A stretch of DNA of 64,000 nt, taken from assembly GCA_050015475.1 (NCBI GenBank), contig JBEKBI010000006.1, positions 7,040-71,039 on the forward strand, given 5' to 3'. Numbering within the stretch: position 1 is the stretch's first letter; each line of letters opens with the position of its first letter. Below, one piece after another: positions 1 to 9,796 of the stretch. A program made the position numbers and the translations under genes. The DNA is from Acidimicrobiales bacterium. GTDB lineage: Bacteria > Actinomycetota > Acidimicrobiia > Acidimicrobiales > Bog-793. The notes beneath the pieces are model-generated. The model ran no database searches and was not told the DNA's origin. It was given only the letters and a program-made list of their open reading frames with translations.

Positions 1-310
1 CGTGAGCGTCGTCCACGAGCCCCACGACAAGGATGACCCCCGCGCCGATCACGACGCCAAGCGGTTCCGAGGAACCCTGGAAGATCCCGCTAAGGTGCCC
101 GATCCGACCGGCGACGATCATCGCGATGAGGAAAGCCAGGAACATCGCGAGACCACCGCCGTATGGGATCGGCTTGGGGTGGAGGCGTCGCTCGTCTGGC
201 TTGGCGACGAAGGAGAGTCGCGCCGCCAGGCGCCGCAACGGGAATGTCAGAGCAAAGCTGCACACCGCGGCGATTGCGCCGACAAGGGCGTAGTCGCCGA
301 TAGGTGGCAC
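1..310 (-). CDS. MraY/WecA-family polyprenyl-phosphate GlcNAc-1-phosphate transferase, 5' part (runs off the window edge)
   Basis: Not in the ORF track. Manual translation from GTG at 310 gives VPPIGDYALVGAIAAVCSFALTFPLRRLA...KPDERRLHPKPIPYGGGLAMFLAF...LVVGLVDD, matching the GT4 motifs R-x-H-x-x-P-x-P-x-x-GG and G-x-x-DD. Confidence 0.85.
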   Translation of the reverse strand, partial: MPPIGDYALVGAIAAVCSFALTFPLRRLAARLSFVAKPDERRLHPKPIPYGGGLAMFLAFLIAMIVAGRIGHLSGIFQGSSEPLGVVIGAGVILVVGLVDDAH

Positions 311-323
311 GACAAAAGCCCCC

Positions 324-1151
324 TTAGACCACGGTGGGCTTAGTCGTCGATTTGGCCTTGAGGACGCTGGAAAGGGGCAGGGCGTTCCGGGGAACGGCGA
401 TGTGAACGGTCTCTCCCCATCGGCTGAGCACAACGGTCTCGACGAAGCGACCCGAAATCCCCTCGGTGGGCTTCACGCCGCTGAACTCCACCGGCAGTGA
501 GTTGGCTCCCTCTGTCGTCACGAGCTCCCCGGTTGCGTGTTCTCGGGGCAAGACGCCGTCACCCACCCAGCGGCCGAAAATCTCGGTATAGGTATTGCCA
601 CCCATCAGGATCGCCCGCATCCCTGTGATCGGTTTGGCGAGGGCGATCTCGGACATCAGCGAGCCGACAGTGAGCGCCTGGGCGGCTTGCTGGAAGATGG
701 CGCCCTCGGACGGCACGATCGATACCCAGCGATCCGCGGCAGCCGTCGCCTGGCTAGGTGTGAGCGAAAACACGAGCCCGACGGCTTCGTCGCCTCCCTT
801 GAAGTACACCGTGTGCCCGACGAGTTCGATGGTGATCGAGGACCTGACGCCCTTGAAATCGATGCTGATCGTCTGAATTCCGGAACTCTGGCCTATGTCG
901 CCGACGATGACAGTGGCCAACTGCCCACCGGAAGCGGAGTCGACGTAGTGGACCGTGCTCTTGCGATTCCCGTAACCGAGGGCGGCCTGCATGGCGCGGG
1001 TGGCCGCTTGGGCGTTGCGCGAGCTGGGAGACGTCGGGAGGGTCGTCGTCGTGGCCGGCGCGGTCGTAGTGGTCGTCGTCGAAGCGCTGCTGCAAGCGGC
1101 GGCGGCGACGGCGAGAGCGATTAAGCCGAGGGAGACCAGGAGTTTGCGCAC
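324..1151 (-). CDS. Putative lipoprotein with Thr-rich linker (possibly LppX/LprAFG-like)
   Basis: Signal peptide MRKLLVSLGLIALAVAAAA-C with a lipobox Cys, then a poly-Thr/Pro linker and a beta-rich domain. -10 TAGCCT lies 6 nt before GTG 1151. Confidence 0.7.
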   Translation of the reverse strand: MRKLLVSLGLIALAVAAAACSSASTTTTTTAPATTTTLPTSPSSRNAQAATRAMQAALGYGNRKSTVHYVDSASGGQLATVIVGDIGQSSGIQTISIDFKGVRSSITIELVGHTVYFKGGDEAVGLVFSLTPSQATAAADRWVSIVPSEGAIFQQAAQALTVGSLMSEIALAKPITGMRAILMGGNTYTEIFGRWVGDGVLPREHATGELVTTEGANSLPVEFSGVKPTEGISGRFVETVVLSRWGETVHIAVPRNALPLSSVLKAKSTTKPTVV

Positions 1152-1240
1152 CACCAGAGGCTAGCCCGGGTCGTGCGAGCCGTCGTTGCGACCAGATCTC
1201 CGACCTGGGGCACTTGGCGGCATCATCGCGGGGGCCTGGT

Positions 1241-2440
1241 TCAGCTCAACCCGGCGTTCTGGCAGATGTGGTGGGCGATTGCGAATGAAGCCGTTGCGGC
1301 CGGAGATGGGGCGTTGCGAACTTCCATGATGTTTCCCCTGGAGTCGAGCCAGAAATCGTCGACGAGCGACCCGTCGCGGCGCATCGCTTGTGCTCGAATG
1401 CCGGCCACCGCAGGCTCGAGGTCGGAGGCATCCAGTTCGGGTACATAGCGACGAATCGTGGAGGCGAAACCCCCGCGGCTCAGCGAGTGGGACAGCTCTC
1501 GTACTCCCGCGAGCCAATTCGCGGCTGCGAACCGGGGAAAGCCAGGCCACGTAAGCGTCTCATGGACGTCTGCCCAGTTGAACGCCCATCCCGCGTAGTC
1601 ATCGCGTGAGAACCCGAGGAAGGCATTTGGCCCGACCAACACCTCATCGTGGATTGTTCGGGTCAGGTGGATACCGAGAAACGGGTAGCGGGGGTCAGGG
1701 ACCGGATAGATGAGCCCACGCACCAGGTGCCTAGCGGCAGGCCGCAATCGGTAGTAAGAGCCGCGGAACGGGACGATCCGAGGTTCGGCGTCGGCGCCCG
1801 AGCGCACGGCCAAGCGGTCCGATTGGAGACCCGCACAGACGATTGCGAAGTCGCAATCGAAATGGCCGTTGTCGCGTCCTGTCAGCTCGAGCCGGACCAG
1901 GCCGTCAGGCAGGGCCTGCGCCGAGGTCACCTCCGTCCCGAGGCGGAGCTCTCCCTTCGCGGCGACGTCGTTGGCGAGGGCACCGGCGACGTCCTTGAAG
2001 TCGACTACGGCGGTGGTGGGCGAGTGGATGCCACGCAGCCCTGTGACGTGGGGCTCCACCTCCCGCAGCTCCGAGCCGTCGAGGAGGCGAAGTCCAGGCA
2101 CGCCGTTTTGCGTGCCGCGGTCGAACAGTTCCTGGAGTCCCGGGAGTTCTGACGGGTCGACCGCGACGACGAGCTTGCCGCACGCGGTAACGGGTATGGA
2201 TTTCTCCTCGCAATAGCTCCTAAGCAGGGTGCTGCCCGAGACGCACAGTTCAGCTTTCAAGGATCCGGGCGTGTAGTAGAGGCCCGAATGGATGACTCCG
2301 CTGTTATGTCCGCTTTGGTGTGTGCCGACCGCGTTCTCCCGCTCGATGACCACGACGGTCGCGGTCGGATTCGTCCTCATCAGCTCTCGCGCCACAGCGA
2401 GTCCGACCATTCCGGCACCGACGACTGCAATCCGGTTCAC
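1241..2440 (-). CDS. lhgO: L-2-hydroxyglutarate oxidase (FAD-dependent)
   Basis: GAGMVG FAD motif, HQSGHNSGVIHSGLYY, YPVPDPRYPFLGIHLT, NAPSPAATAS. Confidence 0.9.
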   Translation of the reverse strand: MNRIAVVGAGMVGLAVARELMRTNPTATVVVIERENAVGTHQSGHNSGVIHSGLYYTPGSLKAELCVSGSTLLRSYCEEKSIPVTACGKLVVAVDPSELPGLQELFDRGTQNGVPGLRLLDGSELREVEPHVTGLRGIHSPTTAVVDFKDVAGALANDVAAKGELRLGTEVTSAQALPDGLVRLELTGRDNGHFDCDFAIVCAGLQSDRLAVRSGADAEPRIVPFRGSYYRLRPAARHLVRGLIYPVPDPRYPFLGIHLTRTIHDEVLVGPNAFLGFSRDDYAGWAFNWADVHETLTWPGFPRFAAANWLAGVRELSHSLSRGGFASTIRRYVPELDASDLEPAVAGIRAQAMRRDGSLVDDFWLDSRGNIMEVRNAPSPAATASFAIAHHICQNAGLS

Positions 2441-2685
2441 GGCTCCGAGCTCCTTGTCCCATACGGTGCGCCGAACAGCCGGGCGCCCTTCATGTGGCTG
2501 CGACCGCCGACATCCGCCATCCGGCCGGCGTGTTCGCGATTATGGCCCAGAGGTGCGCTCGCGCGCCCAAGGGGAGGTGCGCCGTGGCGTGGTTACAGTT
2601 GGGCGATGGACGGCATTCCCCCCGAGGCCTCCTCGCAGCGTCGTCGGAGCGAGGGGGCCGGTCGCACGACCAAGAGGAGAGCTTC

Positions 2686-3219
2686 ATGAGCCGAGAAGGC
2701 CCACCCGCGGGCAGGACAACGCGGAGAGGCGGCGCAGCAGTCCGACCCGGTTGGACCGCAGGCGGGGAGGCCGCCCGCGAAGCCACCTTCCAGAGGCTTC
2801 AGTCCCTAGCGGTCGAAGTCGGCCCGGTGGACGCCGGGACGCCCGGAGGTCATGAGCTGAGCTCAGGCTTTCGCTCGGTCGATGACGAGCTGGCCGCCCT
2901 CGTCTACGACTCGATGGCGGACACGGAGCTTCTCGCGAGTGTGCGCTCGGGAGGACGCCACGCTCGGCAACTGACGTTCGAGGCGCCTCAGGTGACGCTC
3001 GAGATCGAGGTCTCGAGCGGGAGGCGCCTTGTCGGTCAGGTGGTGCCGCCTCAGGCTGCCGTCGTCGAGCTGCGCCACAGGAGCGGGACCACCCCGGTTG
3101 CCACCGACGAGCTCGGCTGTTTCCATGTCCGGGAGATGCCGGACGGACCCGTGAGCTTCCGATGCTGCCCATCGGGAGGGGAAGCTCACTCGGTCGCGAC
3201 AAGCTGGATCGCTCTCTGA
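2686..3219 (+). CDS. Hypothetical protein, partner of CHAT protease (beta-rich C-terminal domain)
   Basis: ATG with AGGAG RBS. Motifs LAALVYDS, RQLTFEA, LVGQVVPP, TDELGCF, VATSW. Ends 33 bp before the CHAT gene. Confidence 0.75.
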   Translation: MSREGPPAGRTTRRGGAAVRPGWTAGGEAAREATFQRLQSLAVEVGPVDAGTPGGHELSSGFRSVDDELAALVYDSMADTELLASVRSGGRHARQLTFEAPQVTLEIEVSSGRRLVGQVVPPQAAVVELRHRSGTTPVATDELGCFHVREMPDGPVSFRCCPSGGEAHSVATSWIAL

Positions 3220-3252
3220 GGAGTCTTCCCCAGAGAATCCCTCGGGACTGAT

Positions 3253-5955
3253 TTGACGAAGCGCCCCAGCCCGAGTCCTTTCCTTGCCGCGGCTGAACGC
3301 GCCCTCGCGACGGTCGCCGATGACCCGCTCCGGGCCGAGGCGGCAGCTCGGGCGGTCCTCTCGGATCGTGATGTCGACAACGAGGCGGCTTCGGTGGCCC
3401 AGCGGACGATTGGTCTGGCGGCTCGCGAGACGGGTCGGCTGAGCGCCGCTCGGAGCCGCTTGCGTCGCGCACTGGCCCTCGCCGAGGCGGGACGGCTGGA
3501 TGTTCGTGCGGTCGAAGCTCGCCTCAGCCTGGCCCTGGCGTTGTTGCAAAGCGGCGACGCGGAGTCGGCGTTGGGCGAGCTGGACAAGGCGGCTGCCCAG
3601 GCGACCCGGGAACTGCGGGGTCAGGTGTTCTTGCAGCGTGCGCTCATGTATCTCCGGTTGGACCGCTTCGACGAGGCGCTTCAAGAAAGTCGGAGGGCGC
3701 TGCCAGTGCTGCGTCGTTCGGGAGACCGCTTGAACGAGGCGAGGCTGCTCTCCAATCGCGGCGTTCTTCACGCATATCGGAACGAGCTCGGCCTCGCCGA
3801 AGCGGATCTCAACCGGGCTTTGCGCCGCTATGAGGCGCTGGGAAACGAGATCCCGGCGGCTCAAGTGCTGCACAACCTTGGCTACGTCTCCGCACTGAAG
3901 GGTGACGTGCCGGAGGCGCTCCGCCGCTACGACCAGGCCGCAGTTCCCTTCACCGAGCGTGGCCTAGCCGCTCCCGCGTTGTCGACCGACAGGGCGCAGC
4001 TCATGCTGTCCGCGCGCCTGCTGCCCGAGGCCCGGTCGCACATAGAAGCCGGCGTGCGCGCCCTGGAGGCCGCGCGTAGTCCCCTCGACCTCGCCGAGGC
4101 GCGCCTGCTGTTGAGCGAGATAGCCCTCGCGGACGGAGACCTGGCAGCGGCGACCTCGGCGGCGCGGGCGTCACGACGCCAGTTCCTGCGCCAAGGCCGG
4201 ACCCGGTGGGCAGCGCTCGCCCGCTTCGTCGAGGCGCAGGCCCGGTGGGCCACCAACATCCCCCCGACCCGCATATCCGACGAGGCCGGCTCCTTGGCCG
4301 AGGCCCTGAACGCGGAGGGATGGGTGTTGGCCAGTCTCGAGTGCCGGCTCATCGGTGCTCGCAGCGCGCTTGGGACCGGGGACGCAGACGCCGCGACGTC
4401 GCTCGTGGCCGGCATCGACAAGCGCGCCCGTAACGGACCGGCGACGCAGCGAGTTCGCAGCTGGTACGGCGAGGCGTTGGGCCGCCTTTCGCGAGGCGAC
4501 CAGCGCGGCGCGCTCACGGCTCTCAGGGCAGGTCTCAAGATCGCCGAGGATCACCGCGCGAGTCTCGGAGCGACCGATCTGCGTGTGCGTACGGCCACCA
4601 CGGTGTCAGAGCTTGCGGGACTGGGACTGGACCTTGCCTTCGAGTCAGGACGTGCGTGGCGGGTGCTGCAATGGTCGGAGCGCTGGCGTGCGGGGGCGCT
4701 CCGGACTCCACGGGTCACTCCTCCAAGCGACGAGGCACTCGGGACAATGCTCGCGACGCTGCGCGACACCGTCGCGCGCATCGAGCGAGGTTCGCTTAGT
4801 GGGCACGCCGTTGATCCACTCGTGGACCAGCAGCGAAAGATCGAGGAGGCTATTCGCCACCGCAGCCGGTTCGCTTCGGGCGACTTCGTCCCCGCACCTC
4901 GTTTCCCAGATCCGGGCGAGCTGCGAGAAGCAGTTGGGGACCGGGCTCTGGTTGAGTACGTGGAGCATGAGGGGCAAATCCACGCGGTCGTTGTGACACG
5001 GACAAAGATCAGCTCGCGGCTGCTCGCGACCTTTGATGAGGTCGCGACCGAGCGCGCCACGCTCCAGTTCGCGCTGACGCGTCTCGTGCTACGGAACAAC
5101 TCCCGTGCGAGTCTGGACGCGGCTGCGCTGGTGCTCGAGCGGTCCTGCGTTCGTCTCGCTGGACTGCTTGTCGGGCCACTCCAGCGTGCCGTTGGCGACC
5201 GCGACCTTGTCGTCGTGCCCACGGGCGAACTCCACACCCTGCCTTGGGCTCTGCTCCCGTCATTGAGGTCGCGCACGATCACGGTCTCGCCGTCGGCGGC
5301 GCTGTGGTACTCGCGCCAGCACGAGCCAGCTCCCCCGCCCGCCGGCGCGGATGATAGGGAGGCAGGGGTTGTCCTCGTCGCCGGCCCGAGAGTCGCCCAG
5401 GCAACCGCGGAGATCAGCCGCATTCGCAAGGCGTTCTACCCGCGGGCACGAGTGCTGCAGGGACGCGCGGCAACGGTGCGGGCGGTCTCCCGAGCGTTCG
5501 AGCGTCGGCGCCTCGTGCACTTAGCGGCGCACGGCACGTTTCGGGCGGACAATCCCCTGTTCTCCTCCCTCGAGCTCGCCGACGGGCCGCTCACCGTCTA
5601 CGACCTGGAGCAGATGGAGCAACCGCCCGAATGGATGGTGCTGTCGGCCTGCGACGCCGGTCGCTCGGAAGTGCAGCCCGGCGACGAGCTGATGGGGACG
5701 AGCGCGGCCCTGCTCTCCCTCGGGACGAGAGCCGTCGTCGCCGCTGCGACACCCGTTCCGAGCGACGGGGTCACCCCGTTCATGTTCGCTCTTCACGCCG
5801 GGCTCGTCCACGGCCACGGCCTGGCCCGCGCACTGGCGGTTGCGCAGCAGGGCGTGCTTGGCGAGAGTTTCCTGTTTGGAGATTTGGCCTCAGAAGGCGG
5901 GCTGGCCCGGGAGGCGCTCGCCGCCGCCGCCTTCGTTTGTCTTGGTGCTGGCTGA
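3253..5955 (+). CDS. TPR-CHAT domain protein (caspase-like cysteine protease)
   Basis: N-terminal TPR-like helical repeats (e.g. LLSNRGVLH, VLHNLGYV). C-terminal CHAT with VVVPTGELHTLPWALL, HLAAHG (His760) and VLSACDAG (Cys800). Confidence 0.92.
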   Translation: MTKRPSPSPFLAAAERALATVADDPLRAEAAARAVLSDRDVDNEAASVAQRTIGLAARETGRLSAARSRLRRALALAEAGRLDVRAVEARLSLALALLQSGDAESALGELDKAAAQATRELRGQVFLQRALMYLRLDRFDEALQESRRALPVLRRSGDRLNEARLLSNRGVLHAYRNELGLAEADLNRALRRYEALGNEIPAAQVLHNLGYVSALKGDVPEALRRYDQAAVPFTERGLAAPALSTDRAQLMLSARLLPEARSHIEAGVRALEAARSPLDLAEARLLLSEIALADGDLAAATSAARASRRQFLRQGRTRWAALARFVEAQARWATNIPPTRISDEAGSLAEALNAEGWVLASLECRLIGARSALGTGDADAATSLVAGIDKRARNGPATQRVRSWYGEALGRLSRGDQRGALTALRAGLKIAEDHRASLGATDLRVRTATTVSELAGLGLDLAFESGRAWRVLQWSERWRAGALRTPRVTPPSDEALGTMLATLRDTVARIERGSLSGHAVDPLVDQQRKIEEAIRHRSRFASGDFVPAPRFPDPGELREAVGDRALVEYVEHEGQIHAVVVTRTKISSRLLATFDEVATERATLQFALTRLVLRNNSRASLDAAALVLERSCVRLAGLLVGPLQRAVGDRDLVVVPTGELHTLPWALLPSLRSRTITVSPSAALWYSRQHEPAPPPAGADDREAGVVLVAGPRVAQATAEISRIRKAFYPRARVLQGRAATVRAVSRAFERRRLVHLAAHGTFRADNPLFSSLELADGPLTVYDLEQMEQPPEWMVLSACDAGRSEVQPGDELMGTSAALLSLGTRAVVAAATPVPSDGVTPFMFALHAGLVHGHGLARALAVAQQGVLGESFLFGDLASEGGLAREALAAAAFVCLGAG

Positions 5956-6158
5956 CACCGCCAGGCGGGCTCTCCCGTCTCGACTACGGCCAAGTCCTGA
6001 CAAGTTCTCGGGAGATCCTCTGGATCCAAGTCGTGGCTTCGACGCCGTTTCGCTCCTCGCTTTTCGCACCTCGTGCAAGCGGTTGGCGAGGTGGGATGTC
6101 CTCGCGCCCGGCGCCAAGGTGCCTTTTTGCAGCACTAATTGGGCGCTAGGGTGCGACC

Positions 6159-6728
6159 GTGGCTGACCAGGCGACGTTCGCGGAGGACACCACCGGTTTC
6201 ATGGACTCGCTCTACACGGCCGCGCTGCGAATGACGCGAAATCCGGCGGACGCACAGGACCTCGTCCAGGAGACGTACCTGAAGGCCTACCGCGGGTACG
6301 AGGGCTTCGAGACCGGGACGAATTTGAAGGCCTGGCTTTATCGCATCCTGACGAACACGTTCATCAACTCGTACCGGTCGCGCAAGCGCCACCCCGAGGA
6401 GACGGAGCTGGACGACGTCGAGGAGCTCTATCTGTTCCGGCGCATGAGCGGGCGCGACGGAGCGCTCGGCCGGAGCGCCGAGGACGAGGCCTTAGATTGG
6501 ATAACGGACGCCGAGGTGAAAGAAGCGCTGGAGTTGTTGCCGGAGAACTTCCGCATGACAGTTCTCCTGTCGGATGTGGAGGGATTCGCTTACAAGGAAA
6601 TCGCGGAAATCATGGATGTCCCAGTCGGGACGGTCATGAGTCGCCTTCACCGTGGAAGGCGGGCGTTGCAGAAGACGTTGCATGACTTCGGAGTCGCGCG
6701 AGGTCTTGTACCGGCTCGACAGGACTGA
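6159..6728 (+). CDS. sigH: ECF sigma factor, SigH/SigR type
   Basis: [48 protein letters not shown] and [11 protein letters not shown] match actinobacterial SigH/SigR. Confidence 0.9.
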   Translation: MADQATFAEDTTGFMDSLYTAALRMTRNPADAQDLVQETYLKAYRGYEGFETGTNLKAWLYRILTNTFINSYRSRKRHPEETELDDVEELYLFRRMSGRDGALGRSAEDEALDWITDAEVKEALELLPENFRMTVLLSDVEGFAYKEIAEIMDVPVGTVMSRLHRGRRALQKTLHDFGVARGLVPARQD

Positions 6729-6747
6729 GTTATCGGATGGAGGTGGC

Positions 6748-7044
6748 ATGAAGCGCAAGAAGGACGACGGCGAGGTTGATTGTGAAGAGACGCTGAGCAG
6801 CGTCTACCACTTTCTCGACGGCGCGTTGACGGCGGAACGCCGCGATCAGATCGCCCACCACCTCGACGAGTGTCCGGATTGCTTTGACGCCTTCGGTTTC
6901 GAGGTCGAGCTGCGCAAGCTTGTCGCGGACCGGTGCCGGGACGAGGTCCCGGACGAGCTCCGGCAACGTATCGCGGCCGCGATCGCACAGGAGCACAACC
7001 TGCGGGCGAACGTGGGTGGCGAGACCAAGAGCGTGCAGCCCTGA
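6748..7044 (+). CDS. rsrA: Zinc-binding anti-sigma factor (RsrA/RshA)
   Basis: GGAGG RBS, N-terminal Cys (DCEE) and the ZAS motif HLDECPDC, directly downstream of sigH. Confidence 0.9.
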   Translation: MKRKKDDGEVDCEETLSSVYHFLDGALTAERRDQIAHHLDECPDCFDAFGFEVELRKLVADRCRDEVPDELRQRIAAAIAQEHNLRANVGGETKSVQP

Positions 7045-7085
7045 CGGCTCTTGGAACTTCGGGCGGGCAGTCTCACGGAGCTGAC

Positions 7086-8171
7086 GTGACCTCGAATTCC
7101 GAGCCGGTCGCCTGGGATGTGGCGGAGAGGGTTGCCGGGCGCGTCGCCCGACGCAACACGGTGGATATCGACTGGGCGACGCTCCGTTCCTTGATCTCTG
7201 ACTTCCAGGAGGTCACAGAACAGGCAGAGGACCTTGTCGAGAGATCGACGGGCTTGCGCTCCCTCGAAGGGCCGGCGCGCGCGCAGGTGTCGACCCGGGA
7301 GGAGTGGGTGCACGCCAACGTCTCGTCTTTCCGGCGCCTGCTCGGCCCGATGCTGGAACGGGCGGGCAAGGAGGGGCACGGCTTTCCGGCCGCTTTCGGC
7401 CCGGTGGGCAGGATTGCGTCCGGGACGGAGATGGGCGTCGTGCTCGGATGGATGTCAGGACGGGTCCTCGGGCAGTACGACCTGTTGTTCGCGGACGGGG
7501 ACGCACCCCAGGACATCGTTCATTACGTGGGGCCCAACATCGTCTCTTTGGAGCGGAGGTACGGGTTCGAGCCTCGGGAGTTCCGGCTCTGGATCGCTCT
7601 GCACGAGCTGACCCATCGGGCCCAGTTCACAGGAGTGCCCTGGCTGCGGGCATACTTCATCGAACTCGTGGAGAAGGGCGTCGCCATGGCGTCGCCCGAC
7701 GCCCGCCAAATTGTGGACGCGATCGGCCGCATGGCCGTCCAAATCCTGTCGGGCCGTAACCCGATCGCCGAGTCCGGGCTCATGGGCGCGCTCGCGTCGC
7801 CGGAGCAGCTGGAAACGCTTCGCTCGATCCAGGGCCTGATGAGCCTGTTGGAGGGTCATGGCGACGTCACCATGGACCGGGCGGCGTCCGACGCCATCCC
7901 GAGCGCGGCTCGCTTCTCCGAGGTGCTGCGGTCGCGACGCGAATCGGCGAGCGGGCTGACGAGGTTCTTCCAGCAGTTGATCGGGTTCGACGCCAAGCTG
8001 AAGCAGTACGCGGACGGAGAGCGCTTCGTGCGGGAGATCGAGCGCACCGGCGGTCCGGAGCTCTTGGCGCTCGCCTGGGAGAGCCCCGGGAACATGCCGT
8101 GTGTCGCCGAGATCCGAGAGCCGGACCGGTGGGTGCTCCGCGTTCAAGGACGCAGCCTCGAGCCGGCGTGA
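7086..8171 (+). CDS. Zinc-dependent metalloprotease-like protein (zincin, F420-biosynthesis-associated family)
   Basis: HELTH motif, VLGQYD, MSLLEGHGD, and the usual position upstream of tilS. Confidence 0.85.
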   Translation: MTSNSEPVAWDVAERVAGRVARRNTVDIDWATLRSLISDFQEVTEQAEDLVERSTGLRSLEGPARAQVSTREEWVHANVSSFRRLLGPMLERAGKEGHGFPAAFGPVGRIASGTEMGVVLGWMSGRVLGQYDLLFADGDAPQDIVHYVGPNIVSLERRYGFEPREFRLWIALHELTHRAQFTGVPWLRAYFIELVEKGVAMASPDARQIVDAIGRMAVQILSGRNPIAESGLMGALASPEQLETLRSIQGLMSLLEGHGDVTMDRAASDAIPSAARFSEVLRSRRESASGLTRFFQQLIGFDAKLKQYADGERFVREIERTGGPELLALAWESPGNMPCVAEIREPDRWVLRVQGRSLEPA

Positions 8172-9082
8172 CGTCTTCGTTGTTCGACCGGGCGATGAAG
8201 GCCGCAGCTCCACTCATCGATCGGTGCGCGCTCCCAGACCCAGGCACGCCGGTCGCGTGCGCCGTTTCCGGTGGAGCGGACTCGCTCGCCCTCTTGCTGC
8301 TGGCGGTGGTCAACGGCTGTGAGCCGGTTGCCCATCATGTGGACCACGCCTTGCGCGAAGGTTCCGACAAGGACGCCGAAGTCGTGCGGGAGGTGGGCGA
8401 CGCGCTCGGCATCGAGGTCGTCGTACACCGTGTAGTCGTCGGTGCGGGGCCCAATCTCGAGGCCCGGGCGCGCGCGGCGCGCTTTGATGTCATGCCCGAA
8501 GGCGTTGCCACCGGTCACACGGCTGACGACCAGGCGGAGACGGTGCTCATCAACCTGCTCCGCGGAGCGGCCACCGATGGCTTGGCGGCCATGCGTCCGG
8601 GACCGCGGCACCCGATCCTCGCTCTTCGCCGTGCCGAGACCCGAGGGCTCTGTGCCGAGCTCGATCTCCGGCCAGTCGAGGACCCGACCAACGCCGATCC
8701 GAAGTACCTGCGCAACCGGGTCCGCCATGAGCTGCTCCCGATGCTGTGCGACCTCGCGGGCCGCGACATCGTGCCGGTCCTCGCTCGCCAAGCCAGGCTG
8801 CTGGGCGACGACGCCGCCCTGCTGGGCGAGCTGGCGGCAGCTCTCGACCCCAAAGACGCGAGCGCCATAGCCTCAGCCCCCGCTCCGCTCGCGCGCCGCG
8901 CCTTGCGGGAGTGGCTTCGCTTTGGCCACCCGCCCGATCTCGCGACCGTCGACCGTGTCCTTGCGGTTGCCTCCGGGGAGGTGCCCGCCACGGATGTCGG
9001 CTCGGGAAGGAGCGTGCGTCGTTCCAGAGGTCGTCTGCGTCTCGAAGAGCCGCCCGACGAGCCAAAAGGTGGTCGGGAGTAG
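8168..9082 (+). CDS. tilS: tRNA(Ile)-lysidine synthetase
   Basis: SGGADS PP-loop, [24 protein letters not shown] overlap with the upstream gene. Confidence 0.93.
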   Translation: MTSSLFDRAMKAAAPLIDRCALPDPGTPVACAVSGGADSLALLLLAVVNGCEPVAHHVDHALREGSDKDAEVVREVGDALGIEVVVHRVVVGAGPNLEARARAARFDVMPEGVATGHTADDQAETVLINLLRGAATDGLAAMRPGPRHPILALRRAETRGLCAELDLRPVEDPTNADPKYLRNRVRHELLPMLCDLAGRDIVPVLARQARLLGDDAALLGELAAALDPKDASAIASAPAPLARRALREWLRFGHPPDLATVDRVLAVASGEVPATDVGSGRSVRRSRGRLRLEEPPDEPKGGRE

Positions 9083-9129
9083 TACCGGCCCTCGTACCGG
9101 CCCGACACGCCCGACTAGTGTCGGCGGTA

Positions 9130-9768
9130 GTGGGCGATCCTGTGGGCGAGAGAGCTGCTGGGGCGGAGACGGAGGAACTTGCGCGGCCGTCGGGCGTTTT
9201 GAGCTCATGGGACCAGGACCCCGCGCTCGGAAGGGTCGTGCTGTCCGTCGAGCAGATTTCCAAGCGCGTGGCCGAGCTTGGTGCTGCGATAACGGCCGAT
9301 TACGCCGACCGGCCTCCGCTTCTCGTAGGCGTGCTCAAGGGAGCCTTCATCTTTCTCGCCGACCTCTCGCGGACGATCGAGCTGCCACTGGAGCTCGACT
9401 TCATGGCCGTCTCGTCATACGGGAGAGCGACCAAGACCAGTGGCGTCGTCAGGATCCTGAAGGACCTCGACATCGATCTGACCGGTCGCCACGTGATCAT
9501 CGTGGAGGACATTCTCGACAGCGGCCTCACGCTGTCCTACCTGCGCCAGAGCTTGTTGGCGAGAGGACCCGAGAGCCTGGCTGTGTGCTCGCTGCTCGTC
9601 AAGCGGAGTGTGGAGCCCAGACCCGATCTCGAGGTCAAATACGTCGGGTTCAACATCGAGCCCGAATTCGTAGTCGGCTACGGCCTTGATGTCGCCGAGC
9701 GCTATCGAAACCTTCCGGACATCCGCGTGTATGTGGCGGGAGAGCCTGAAGACCCTGCTGCTCAATGA
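9130..9768 (+). CDS. hpt: Hypoxanthine phosphoribosyltransferase
   Basis: [24 protein letters not shown]-binding motif, FVVGYGLD. Start approximate. Confidence 0.93.
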   Translation: MGDPVGERAAGAETEELARPSGVLSSWDQDPALGRVVLSVEQISKRVAELGAAITADYADRPPLLVGVLKGAFIFLADLSRTIELPLELDFMAVSSYGRATKTSGVVRILKDLDIDLTGRHVIIVEDILDSGLTLSYLRQSLLARGPESLAVCSLLVKRSVEPRPDLEVKYVGFNIEPEFVVGYGLDVAERYRNLPDIRVYVAGEPEDPAAQ

Positions 9769-9796
9769 CTTGTTGTCCCGCCCTTGAGGAGAGTCG

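Noticed and set aside
2-343. Plus-strand ORFs at the window start
   Set aside because: Shadows of the minus-strand wecA-like gene, which has clear family motifs.
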